A stretch of 64,000 bases of DNA from an uncultured virus (IMG/VR IMGVR_UViG_3300021131_000005) (lineage: Duplodnaviria; Heunggongvirae; Uroviricota; Caudoviricetes). The stretch is from IMG/VR virus record IMGVR_UViG_3300021131_000005; one strand, written 5' to 3'. This document shows positions 10,243 through 19,497 of the stretch, piece by piece. The first letter of the stretch is position 1. Every line of letters begins with the position of its first letter. A model generated the notes under the pieces. It saw only the letters and a program-made list of their open reading frames with translations, made no database searches and was not told the origin of the DNA. The translations under genes and the position numbers were made by a program.

Positions 10243-10548
10243 ATGTCAGAAAGAAAGTTTAAATTAGTTCCTCACCCCGATATGGTGATACTAGATGAAG
10301 TAAAAGTTAAAGAAGTTTCAGAAGGGGGAATAGTACTTTCAGACGAAGCGAAAGCAAATGAAAAGCGAAAACAAAACAGGGGTACTGTTATTTGGGTGGG
10401 AACAAATGTTAGTTGGATTAAAGAAGGGGATTTTGTTTCTTTCTATAAAAACGCCTCTACATACCTACAAGTGGAAGATGAAGAATTTGTAGAAGTACAC
10501 GAAGCCCACGTCCTTTGCGTTATCGAAGGATTAACTGAAAAAAAGTAA
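10243..10548 (+). CDS. groES: co-chaperonin GroES (Cpn10) homologue
   Basis: PHPDMVIL..SEGGIVL..RGTVIWVG..EGDFV..HEAHVLCVI aligns by eye with the GroES pattern. Confidence 0.85.
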   Translation: MSERKFKLVPHPDMVILDEVKVKEVSEGGIVLSDEAKANEKRKQNRGTVIWVGTNVSWIKEGDFVSFYKNASTYLQVEDEEFVEVHEAHVLCVIEGLTEKK

Positions 10549-10551
10549 AGA

Positions 10552-11241
10552 ATGAAGAAAGGAATATCTTTTGTTCCAAACCCAAATAATGTTTTAGTTA
10601 AAATAACTAAAGCAAGTATGGATGAATTTTTTTATAAGCGCATCATAAGGGATGACGGCGAAGAAATATCCCTACTAAAAACAGTAGAAGAAAAAGAAGG
10701 TTACGACCAACGATTTACTCAAAACGTTTCAGTAGGTCATATAGTAGCAGTAGGTAAAAATGTAAAGGGGATTGTTTTAAATGACATCGTTATATTAGAT
10801 TACTTAGCATCAAATGATGACGGTAGTTTAATAGGCTACATAGATGGGGATAGATTCATTTCAATCCCCGCTAAAACAACATACCATGAAAAAGATGCAC
10901 GCCCCGATATGAACTTTAGAAAAGCATACGTAAAGGGGGATTTTGACGAACTTTCAAAAGTACTAGGTGTAGTAAGAGGTAAAAAGATTATTGCATTTCG
11001 CCCTTATGTAGTTTTAAACCACGAAAGTAATATCATATCAATAGTATTACCTAATGGAAGATTAGCTGAAAAGTCAGAGCCAATAGTTAAAAGGGAAGTT
11101 GTCGCAGCAGGTAATGAATTTAAAGACGGAACTCAAATCTATGTAAAAGACGAAGATTTATTTGAACGTCAAATCGCCCATAAGACATTCTCTTTTGCCT
11201 TTGAAACAGACGTTTTATGTCAATACGAAAAGGTTAAATAA
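10552..11241 (+). CDS. tandem GroES-like domain protein
   Basis: Two units: PNPNNVLVK..GHIVAVG..DIVIL and AFRPYVVL..EVVAAG..ETDVL. Confidence 0.55.
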   Translation: MKKGISFVPNPNNVLVKITKASMDEFFYKRIIRDDGEEISLLKTVEEKEGYDQRFTQNVSVGHIVAVGKNVKGIVLNDIVILDYLASNDDGSLIGYIDGDRFISIPAKTTYHEKDARPDMNFRKAYVKGDFDELSKVLGVVRGKKIIAFRPYVVLNHESNIISIVLPNGRLAEKSEPIVKREVVAAGNEFKDGTQIYVKDEDLFERQIAHKTFSFAFETDVLCQYEKVK

Positions 11242-11244
11242 GAT

Positions 11245-11278
11245 TTTGCCACAAATAAAAATTTATTTGGTAGTTTTG
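11245..11278 (+). promoter_or_regulatory. Bacteroidota-type promoter (TTTG..TAGTTTTG) for portal
   Basis: TTTG at 11245 and TAnnTTTG at 11271, upstream of the GTG start at 11296. Confidence 0.55.
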
Positions 11279-11295
11279 TCTAAATTTATTATAGC

Positions 11296-13857
11296 GTGGC
11301 ATACAATAAAAAAGAAAATACCAATAAGGAAAAGGGGTATCCTAAGTTTAATGAACGTAGTACCTTTTATAGCGATTTAGCTTATATAAAGCCTGAATAT
11401 AAAAATGAGTACTGGGCATCGGAAATGCTCTACTTTAGCAAGAAGAACGCCCGTTTGTTTTTAGACCCCGAAAGAGCGAGGAAATACAGAGCAACAGATG
11501 ACCTTAAATTAAAGGAAGAAGATTATAAAGAAATGTTCGACCCTAAAACCCCTATGGGTAAAGGGGGAAACGCTGAATATGTTGCAGCAGATTGGAAAGC
11601 AAATCCCATATACATACATCTAAAAAATGTAGTAAAAGCAGAAATACAAAGGACTTCAAAACAATTAGAAGTAAACCTTACAGATAAGTATGCACTTACT
11701 AGAAAGCAAAAGGACTTACAAAAAGTATTTTACAGTAAATTATTAAGGCAAGTAATTAATCATGTCAATAAGGAATTGGGGTTACAACCGATTTCAGATA
11801 GCCAAGACCCATACAAATACATTGCTTCACAAGCAGTAAAATCCCAACAAAAAGGGGAACAAGACCCAAATCAACCACAACAAGAACAAAGTGACTTAGT
11901 AGGTGGATTCAATGACTTAATAAAAAACAGTATTGAAAACGACCAAGACTTAGCCTTATATGCAGAATTAATTTACAAAGGGGATTATGAAATAGCACTT
12001 GAAAAAGGTATTGATTACTACCTGATGCAATTAAACAAGTGGAATGAAAGGTGGAGTGATGAATTTATAGATGACATCATGCACTTTAATAAGGCTTGTG
12101 GGGAATGGTACACCGACTTAGTTACAGGTCGCCCCGTAATAGAAAGATTTGTACCCGAAAAGCTATGGGTAAGCCCTTTCAGTAGAAAAGACGGTGAAGA
12201 TATTATGTACTACTTTACAGAGTATGAAATAACCTTTGCAGACTTTGTAAAAACTATTGGGGCTAATCTAACAAAAGAAAAATTAAAGGCTGTTTTTGAA
12301 TATAATAAAACACAAGGTTCTAATCATGGTGCAGGTTGGGTAGATTATGTTTCTCGCCCCGACAGAACAATGGAAAACGCAAAGATTAGAGTTGGTAGAT
12401 ATGCTTGTCTTACTCAAAATTACGATGTTGATATGGATTCAGTTCCATACGAATATCCATTAACAGGGGATGAGGGATTAGATTGGAATACGGGAAAAGA
12501 TAAAGAAATAAAAATGCCACAAAGTACTAAGCACTACAACGTTTGGTACAGTTTCTATTATATCCCCCCTACAACCCAAAGTTTAAGTAATGCAGATTAC
12601 GCATGGCAAGCGCAGTTCATATTCGATATAAAAGCTAATCAAGACCAATTAAGAACAGGAGAGGACGGTAGATACTCAAAATCCCCACTTGTTATATATG
12701 ATAATAGCCATCAAGCATCATTTACAGATATGGTAATGGCTTATATGCCTAAAATAAACTACGCTTGGTTTCAGTATCAAAACTGCTTAATAAATGATAT
12801 AGAGGCTACTGTATTAAGTGATGAATTAATTGGGGGATTATTGGGCGCAGTTGACGAAGAAAATAAAATATCAACAGGTTTAGATGGTGTGCCAACAGGC
12901 GGTAATGGAAGCGATGCTTACCGTGAACAATGGCGAATGATAAAACAAGCAGGTACAGGATTCTTAAAATTAACAGATAGGCAAGGTAATCAGATACTAG
13001 ACCCCAATAAGTTATTTTTCCAAATAAAAAATGGATTAATAGAAAAGGCAGAAAAGTACATGAGCCAAATGATGATTTTGTATCAACAAATGACACAAGC
13101 ATTGGCTATGACAGATGCCCGTGAAGGACAAGATACAAAACCCCGAACATCAGTAGCAGCAATCGAAGAAAGCCTTAAAGCATCTAATAACGCAACTTGG
13201 TTTATTCAAAAAGCCTATGAAGAATTTTTGAAGATGTACGGGGATCGTATGGTTAGATTTATGTTAGAAATAATGCGTGAGGCTAAAGAATATGGATATA
13301 CTAAACGCCGTCAGGAATTTTTTGACATTGTAGGTGAGGCGTATGGCTTATTAGTCGAAGGTTTAGAATCAATTCCGCCCGAATCAGTAGGCATGAATAT
13401 AAATTATGTGGACAATACTGCTAAGAAAGACCTAGTAGCGCAAATGGCAATAGAAAGAGTAAAAGCAGGTCAATTAGATGACGACTTCTTGTATTTAATA
13501 ATGGGGAGCGACAACTGGAAGCAGTCTTTTTGCTTAATGCGTTTGGGAATATCTAAAATAAAGAAAGAACAAGCTGCAAAACAAGAGCTAGAACATGAAA
13601 GGCAAATTCAGCTACAACAAGAACAACAAAAATCTGCAATGATGATGTTGCAAGCGCAAACGCAAAGCAAAGTAGCCCAAATTGATGAAGAAGGAAAAAT
13701 GAAGAAAGAACTAGAAGAATTGAAAGGTCAAATAAAAACGATGTCTCAATCAATGCTTTTAGACCAAAGAGGGAATAATCGTCAACAAGAAGCTAAAACA
13801 AAAGCAGAATTAGAAGCAGAAGCAGAGGAACGTAAAAAACTCCCGCCTATCCAATAG
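11296..13857 (+). CDS. portal protein
   Basis: About 850 aa, downstream of terL, with AREG motif and Q/E-rich coiled-coil C-terminus as in crAss-like portals; GTG start. Confidence 0.8.
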   Translation: MAYNKKENTNKEKGYPKFNERSTFYSDLAYIKPEYKNEYWASEMLYFSKKNARLFLDPERARKYRATDDLKLKEEDYKEMFDPKTPMGKGGNAEYVAADWKANPIYIHLKNVVKAEIQRTSKQLEVNLTDKYALTRKQKDLQKVFYSKLLRQVINHVNKELGLQPISDSQDPYKYIASQAVKSQQKGEQDPNQPQQEQSDLVGGFNDLIKNSIENDQDLALYAELIYKGDYEIALEKGIDYYLMQLNKWNERWSDEFIDDIMHFNKACGEWYTDLVTGRPVIERFVPEKLWVSPFSRKDGEDIMYYFTEYEITFADFVKTIGANLTKEKLKAVFEYNKTQGSNHGAGWVDYVSRPDRTMENAKIRVGRYACLTQNYDVDMDSVPYEYPLTGDEGLDWNTGKDKEIKMPQSTKHYNVWYSFYYIPPTTQSLSNADYAWQAQFIFDIKANQDQLRTGEDGRYSKSPLVIYDNSHQASFTDMVMAYMPKINYAWFQYQNCLINDIEATVLSDELIGGLLGAVDEENKISTGLDGVPTGGNGSDAYREQWRMIKQAGTGFLKLTDRQGNQILDPNKLFFQIKNGLIEKAEKYMSQMMILYQQMTQALAMTDAREGQDTKPRTSVAAIEESLKASNNATWFIQKAYEEFLKMYGDRMVRFMLEIMREAKEYGYTKRRQEFFDIVGEAYGLLVEGLESIPPESVGMNINYVDNTAKKDLVAQMAIERVKAGQLDDDFLYLIMGSDNWKQSFCLMRLGISKIKKEQAAKQELEHERQIQLQQEQQKSAMMMLQAQTQSKVAQIDEEGKMKKELEELKGQIKTMSQSMLLDQRGNNRQQEAKTKAELEAEAEERKKLPPIQ

Positions 13858-14536
13858 ATACTTTTTTACTTGGTAGGTAAACGTGCTTTATGAAATCACG
13901 CCAACTTTCAATATTTATTTTTGTATTTTCTTGTTCAAACATTTCAAGCGACTTTTGAGTAAATGAAACTCCGAAGTCGCTTTCTGTTTTTGAATTAGTA
14001 TTTAGATAATCCCGTTCTATTTCCTTAATCATTTCTTCGGCATCAGTCATTTGTCTTTTTGCCGCCTCTATTGCTTTAGCCCAATTCAAAAAGATTAATG
14101 CCTTCTTAGATTCATCAACTTCTGAAAGAGTAGGTTCGGGTTGGCTCATTGTTTTAGAGTACTGATTCTTTAAGAACGCCGAATGTCGTAGCCTCCAATC
14201 AGGAAGCCTATCTAAGTAATTACCTATACACTCCAAAGAAGGTTCGTGCCTAAGATTAATAAAAGATACCAATGTGGGATTTTTCAAGTCAGCAGAAAGT
14301 CCGTGAAGGATGTTTTTGTTATTAGTAATCCCATCTACTCTAGTATCTATCCATTTACTATCATTGTCATAACCATATATTATTGCTGCTATAAGGGTGT
14401 TCTTTATTAAGTGGGGTTCGCTTGTTTCTAATATAGGTTCAAATACTTTAAAAAAGTTATAATCCCCCAAAAAATCGGTATTATCATCATTTATACTTAA
14501 TGTTATCTTCTTTGCTAGTTCTATTGCTTTTCTCAT
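13847..14536 (-). CDS. hypothetical helical protein (possible terminase small subunit)
   Basis: Located in the packaging module and helical; the TerS call rests on position only. Confidence 0.4.
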   Translation of the reverse strand: MRKAIELAKKITLSINDDNTDFLGDYNFFKVFEPILETSEPHLIKNTLIAAIIYGYDNDSKWIDTRVDGITNNKNILHGLSADLKNPTLVSFINLRHEPSLECIGNYLDRLPDWRLRHSAFLKNQYSKTMSQPEPTLSEVDESKKALIFLNWAKAIEAAKRQMTDAEEMIKEIERDYLNTNSKTESDFGVSFTQKSLEMFEQENTKINIESWRDFIKHVYLPSKKVSIG

Positions 14537-14901
14537 AAATCTACTTGTTGAATGAATTTAGTTAGTGCAAAATTAGTGGCTAACTCACTATTACTTTTAA
14601 ATAGATATTCAAATATCATTTCTCTTTGTTCTTCATAAGAAGCCCATATAAAGGTTTTTAAATCTTCAAGCAATGTTTCCCCTTCATAATCTTCTGATAA
14701 TCTACTTTCAACGGTTTTACATTTCCATCCTAATTTCAACAGTTCATCAGCAACATGAAACATAGATACTTTTATATTTTCTTTCTTTAATCTCTCTATT
14801 GCCATTTGTATAGGAAACCCATCTTGGTCGAACATCTTACCAATTCCCCTTATACAAATTACTCTATCCCCAAATGCTTCTATAGTTAAATCGTGTTTCA
14901 T
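14533..14901 (-). CDS. small protein resembling an AlaRS tRNA-recognition fragment
   Basis: KMFDQDGFPIQMAIERLKKENIKVS resembles AlaRS FxLYDTYGFPxDLT..A.E.G..VD. Confidence 0.45.
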   Translation of the reverse strand: MKHDLTIEAFGDRVICIRGIGKMFDQDGFPIQMAIERLKKENIKVSMFHVADELLKLGWKCKTVESRLSEDYEGETLLEDLKTFIWASYEEQREMIFEYLFKSNSELATNFALTKFIQQVDL

Positions 14902-15120
14902 TTATCTATTTTTTTTAGTTAATATCCCACGAGGGATTTTAATTGGTTCGCCATTATCTTTATCAAATACTATGACATCAATTCCCTTACATCTATCACA
15001 AGGGCAACTAGAATGTTCTATAACCTCTCTAGCAGATAATCCTTTATCTCTAAATTCTTTAAATCTGCGCCATTCATAAATACTTACTCGTATCTGAATT
15101 TTTTTATAAGCATCGGGCAT
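14902..15120 (-). CDS. small DNA-binding-like protein (RHH-like plus CxCxxC)
   Basis: KKIQIRVS beta-strand followed by helices; CPCDRC. Confidence 0.45.
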   Translation of the reverse strand: MPDAYKKIQIRVSIYEWRRFKEFRDKGLSAREVIEHSSCPCDRCKGIDVIVFDKDNGEPIKIPRGILTKKNR

Positions 15121-15142
15121 AATTGCGTTTTGTAGTACAGGG

Positions 15143-15150
15143 CAAAGGTA
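15143..15150 (-). promoter_or_regulatory. -7 promoter element TACCTTTG for the inverted operon
   Basis: Plus-strand caaaggta reads TACCTTTG on the minus strand, about 22 nt upstream of ATG 15120. Confidence 0.6.
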
Positions 15151-15230
15151 GGGAATTTATTTAATACCAACTTTGTGTTGTCAAGAAGTAGTTACTACAC
15201 GATGAATTTTATCTCCCCAAAAAGTTTTAT

Positions 15231-16262
15231 ATGTCAGAAACAGTAGATGATATTGTAGTTCAAGCAGCAGCTAAGAACAATCAAGGTCAAGAACCGATAG
15301 TTGCACAGCAATCACCAATAGTAAACGAACCCGCACCCGTTGTTGATAATAACAACCAAAGTGTAGATGACTTTGCAGCATTAAAAGCTGAATTGGAAGC
15401 GTTAAAAAAGCAATTAGAACAAAAGACACCACAAGCGGAATTAACCCCCGAAGAAAAAGCTAAACAGCAAGAACTTGAAGAAGCAGAATTAATAAGGTAT
15501 GCTGTTAAAGAGGGAAAAATGAAGTTAGAGGACTTTGACAAATATAAAGCAGTTCAAAAAGCAGCAGATAGGGATTTAGTCTTTGAAGATTGGAAGTCTG
15601 AATTTAAAGAAGATAACCCCGACATTGACGAAGAAGATTTTGAAGATGCGGCAAAGAGAGCTTTTGAAGAAGAGATGAAATTGAATATCGATAACGAAAA
15701 AGTTAAAGCTAGAGCAGAAGCTAAGTTAGCTAAGAGGGCGGAAGAATTAAGAAACCCCCACAAGACAGCTTACGAAAAGACAAAGAAAGATTATGATGAA
15801 GAAAGGGATTTGAGACAAACGTTTCCCAACTTCACAAAAAAAATAGAAGATTTTTCAAAAGAATTTATCCCCGAAAAATACGAGTTCTTTAAAACGAAAG
15901 ATGGCAACGAAGATGTTTTAGTTGATTTGGATATAACAGAAACAGACAAAAAAGAAATTGCTGATACTGTTTCCAAAGAGATGCAAACCCCCGAAATATA
16001 TACACTTTACAAACAAGGTAAACTTGAAGAAATAAGGGATATAGCTAAGAAGAAAGCAGATGATTTAGTATTTGCAAAGTCTAAAGAGCAAGGGTTGAAG
16101 AAAATAGCAGAAGTGTTTGAAACAAGGGGAAAGCAAAAGGCAGCAATAGGGGCTAAAAACTCGTTTGCAATAAACCAAAGCCGTTCTTCTAATAGTGACA
16201 AACAAGTAGGCATGAGTGCTAGAGAGGAGGTTTTAAGAAGTCACGGATTGATACAAAGTTAA
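15231..16262 (+). CDS. capsid scaffolding-like acidic coiled-coil protein
   Basis: E/K-rich helical protein immediately upstream of the major capsid gene. Confidence 0.65.
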   Translation: MSETVDDIVVQAAAKNNQGQEPIVAQQSPIVNEPAPVVDNNNQSVDDFAALKAELEALKKQLEQKTPQAELTPEEKAKQQELEEAELIRYAVKEGKMKLEDFDKYKAVQKAADRDLVFEDWKSEFKEDNPDIDEEDFEDAAKRAFEEEMKLNIDNEKVKARAEAKLAKRAEELRNPHKTAYEKTKKDYDEERDLRQTFPNFTKKIEDFSKEFIPEKYEFFKTKDGNEDVLVDLDITETDKKEIADTVSKEMQTPEIYTLYKQGKLEEIRDIAKKKADDLVFAKSKEQGLKKIAEVFETRGKQKAAIGAKNSFAINQSRSSNSDKQVGMSAREEVLRSHGLIQS

Positions 16263-16280
16263 AATATAAAATAGGAATAT

Positions 16281-17750
16281 ATGGCAAATCTTAATGTCTT
16301 TTATAGTGAAGCGAGTTCGTTTTCGATAGACCAACCGATTCAAGGTCAAACCCAATTGGCTATGTATGATAGCTTGAAGCAAGCTGCTTTGTTGCCCGAA
16401 ATTAGGCAAGCAAGAAGCGGTGGCGGTGCGCAAGTGATTATGCCTTATGACGAAAGGACACCCGAAGCGTTGTTTTCTCAAATGCAAGCTGCTTTCGGTA
16501 CAGAAACAAGAACTGCTAAATCAAGAGAGTTCTATTGGTTAGAATACGATAACTATGATTCATTAACATTTGTTGTTAATCAAGTGAATGGTAGTGTTCC
16601 CGCAGCAGGTCAACCCGTAACTGCAACAATCGCCCCTTTGAGCCGTAGCGTATCAGGAAACTATACTAAACCAATTGGCGGTTTCTATGCTTGGATAAAA
16701 GAGTTGAACAGGCAACAAGTTTTGATTACAGCAGTAAGTGGTGAAGTAGGTGGACCCGCAGGTGCAAACCAAGTAATCTTACAACCTATCAATGGTCAAA
16801 CATTGAACCTTACACAGTACGGTAGCTATACAATCATTATAGACCCATTACGCCACTACCAATTAGGTACAACCGCAAATATACAAACAGACGGTTTGGT
16901 TCTTAACCCACCTACAATGTATAAGGCTTTTGCTCAAACATTTGAAAAGGGTATTTCTTTAAGCCAAGATGAAATTAACAACTACATCTACAACAGAGAG
17001 TTTAAAGTTATCAAGGGGCTTAATACTAAAGGTGATGCAGTTGATTACTTCTATGTTCCTGCAATACACGGTCAATTAGAAACATTGATTCGTGATAACA
17101 AAAACTTACAAACTTTATTCGGTCAAAGAGATACTATCAATCAATTGGGATTTGATGGTGTTGTTCCAACAGCAGAAAAGTACGGTATGTTTAATGCAGG
17201 ATACGACATCTTCACAAACGTATCATTGAAACAAATACTTTGGGGTATGATTAAAACCCTTCGTAGGGTGAATGGTTGTAACTCATATATGTTGATGCAC
17301 GATTTCTTGTTTTGGATGGATTGGAGCGAAAGTATCGGCGAATTGATTACTGCTTCTAAACAATCTTACAAATACTCTTTGTTTGGTGACGGTGGAACAG
17401 GTGCAAGAGATTTCAGCTACTACTCTTTCAGTAAGTTTGAAGCATTTGGATATGAATTTATCCCTTACATGATTGATGCTTTCGACCACAGACGTTACGG
17501 TAATATCCTTGAATACTTTGCTTTACTTATGCCAAATGCTAAGTTTAAAGACCAAAAAGGTGATACTGTACCATTCCTTACTTATGTTCACTTGGAAGGT
17601 GCTGAACCTGCTAAAGTGGATAGTATGTGGAACTATGACTTTAGACAACAAGGTGGACGTTTTTGGAACTTCTTTGTTTCAACAACCTACGGTATTGAAA
17701 TACACGCCCCTACAAGACTAGGTATCCTAAAGAAAACATCTACTAACTAA
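16281..17750 (+). CDS. major capsid protein
   Basis: 489 aa, follows the scaffold gene; SREFYWLE and GFDG motifs; codon usage of a highly expressed gene (ttc, aac, ggt, gct). Confidence 0.75.
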   Translation: MANLNVFYSEASSFSIDQPIQGQTQLAMYDSLKQAALLPEIRQARSGGGAQVIMPYDERTPEALFSQMQAAFGTETRTAKSREFYWLEYDNYDSLTFVVNQVNGSVPAAGQPVTATIAPLSRSVSGNYTKPIGGFYAWIKELNRQQVLITAVSGEVGGPAGANQVILQPINGQTLNLTQYGSYTIIIDPLRHYQLGTTANIQTDGLVLNPPTMYKAFAQTFEKGISLSQDEINNYIYNREFKVIKGLNTKGDAVDYFYVPAIHGQLETLIRDNKNLQTLFGQRDTINQLGFDGVVPTAEKYGMFNAGYDIFTNVSLKQILWGMIKTLRRVNGCNSYMLMHDFLFWMDWSESIGELITASKQSYKYSLFGDGGTGARDFSYYSFSKFEAFGYEFIPYMIDAFDHRRYGNILEYFALLMPNAKFKDQKGDTVPFLTYVHLEGAEPAKVDSMWNYDFRQQGGRFWNFFVSTTYGIEIHAPTRLGILKKTSTN

Positions 17751-17763
17751 GTAGATGTTTTCT
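17731..17763 (+). promoter_or_regulatory. 14-bp perfect inverted repeat spanning the MCP stop codon
   Basis: agaaaacatctact-aacta-agtagatgttttct. Confidence 0.7.
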
Positions 17764-17817
17764 AAAACGAAGTTGATTTTTTTTGATGAATTTTTTTAAT
17801 ATAAAACAGAAAAGTAT

Positions 17818-18846
17818 ATGTCAGGATATGTAATCCACGCAGGTAGCCACGCCCCCGAAAAAGTATTGATTAGCCACGTTAATAAAGATAGCGGTGAGCC
17901 AACGGGAGTAGAAAGATTTGAAGCATACATAACAAATGGTGCGCAACTACTTCTTAATAATTATATGGCTTGGGGGAGAAGGATACGAGAAGGCGAAAGG
18001 GATAAGAAAACAGGTAAAATTGTTGCAGAAGCATTTGAGCGAAGCCCAATAGAAATTACAGACAACAAGTATCAAGGGGATATAGAGTTCCTAGAATACG
18101 GGGATGTAAACGGGCAAGCGATACAATGCAGATACTTAAAACAAAGCCGTTCTTTGGATTATGAATATCAGACAAATGTACAAAAAATAAGGGTCGATGC
18201 AGAGGGAAAAGATGGAACTGCTTTTATCGAATTGAGGACAGGTGAAAATAAGTTTGATTACAAAAAAGAAGGTTTGTTTATCACTTATTTAAAGAACCAC
18301 CCACAAAACAGGGATAGTAAGTCTAAAAATCCCGACCCAACAATAAAAGGTCACGTGTTTTCAGAGATAACAGACGATATGGTTGATAAAACATCCATAG
18401 ATAACATGGAAGCTGCTTTAGATGCAGGGTACTTTGTAAAGTCTTTATCTAATGATGAAAAAAGCATAAGTAACTTGTTTGATATATTAGGAAGAAGGGA
18501 TGAGTTTGGGGAAACAACCCAATTATCAAACCCCACCGAAATATACAAGGTTATTTTAAAATTTGCACAAGAAAAACCTAATGAGTTTAACGGATTGATT
18601 GGGGCTTTTAAAAAGAAGTTTTCTGATGCAATAGAGTTGGCAAAATCATTCAATGCTTTAGACCTAACAAAAGATGGAACAATAGGTTTATTGCATGAAG
18701 GTAAAAAGACAATAGCATTTGAAAAAGTTGAAGGTAAGGGGGATGCAATGTTAGAAGATGTTTTTAACAATTTCGCAACCGAAAAGTATTACTCTAAGAT
18801 TAACTCTTTTATCACAGTAGTCAAAAAAATAAGTTCACAAATATAA
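17818..18846 (+). CDS. conserved capsid-adjacent structural protein
   Basis: Directly after the MCP; YLKNHP motif reminiscent of crAss-like post-capsid genes. Confidence 0.5.
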   Translation: MSGYVIHAGSHAPEKVLISHVNKDSGEPTGVERFEAYITNGAQLLLNNYMAWGRRIREGERDKKTGKIVAEAFERSPIEITDNKYQGDIEFLEYGDVNGQAIQCRYLKQSRSLDYEYQTNVQKIRVDAEGKDGTAFIELRTGENKFDYKKEGLFITYLKNHPQNRDSKSKNPDPTIKGHVFSEITDDMVDKTSIDNMEAALDAGYFVKSLSNDEKSISNLFDILGRRDEFGETTQLSNPTEIYKVILKFAQEKPNEFNGLIGAFKKKFSDAIELAKSFNALDLTKDGTIGLLHEGKKTIAFEKVEGKGDAMLEDVFNNFATEKYYSKINSFITVVKKISSQI

Positions 18847-18857
18847 AAGAATAAAAT

Positions 18858-19412
18858 ATGGCAGCAACTACATTTATGATTTCGGCGTATGCGATTTACA
18901 AGGATACACACTTGTTAAATTTAGAAGAAATTGGCATCAACGTCAGTAAAATACAAGGGTATTCCCCTCGTTTATGTTGGATTAAAAGATATGTAGTACC
19001 GGGTCAAAACCAAGTACAATCGTTGTTAACTTTTGAAGTTACATCGGCAGACCAATTAGACCCTAACTTGCTACAAGGTTTATATCTTGAAATCGGCGAG
19101 AAAGGTGTTGTAATCGACTGTATTAGCATTGATAACTTTATCGGTGCAGCAGATGGTACAAATAACATTACTACAAGATACTTTGGTAACGGCGGTATTC
19201 CTGCTTTCACAGCACCTACTCCAACTTGTTACACTATCACAAGAATAGACGATGCAAGCTCTTTTGCTCACAGCGTTGTAACAATGGATTATGTACAACA
19301 GTATTTTGGAAACGTTACTTTTTACTCTCACATTACAGGTACTTCTATCTACAAAGTAAATTCTTATACCCCAATCGTTCCAATCGGTTCGGATGTGATA
19401 GGCACTTGCTAG
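18858..19412 (+). CDS. putative auxiliary capsid/decoration protein
   Basis: Beta-rich, high-expression codon bias, followed by a terminator. Confidence 0.45.
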   Translation: MAATTFMISAYAIYKDTHLLNLEEIGINVSKIQGYSPRLCWIKRYVVPGQNQVQSLLTFEVTSADQLDPNLLQGLYLEIGEKGVVIDCISIDNFIGAADGTNNITTRYFGNGGIPAFTAPTPTCYTITRIDDASSFAHSVVTMDYVQQYFGNVTFYSHITGTSIYKVNSYTPIVPIGSDVIGTC

Positions 19413-19447
19413 TAGATTAAGATAAGATAAAACATTCCCAAAGTGAT

Positions 19448-19483
19448 AAAAGGGTATCTCAAATGGGATACCCTTTTTCTTTT
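19448..19483 (+). terminator. rho-independent terminator
   Basis: aaaagggtatctc-aaat-gggataccctttt followed by a T-run. Confidence 0.85.
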
Positions 19484-19497
19484 AAAATTAAGTTTTT

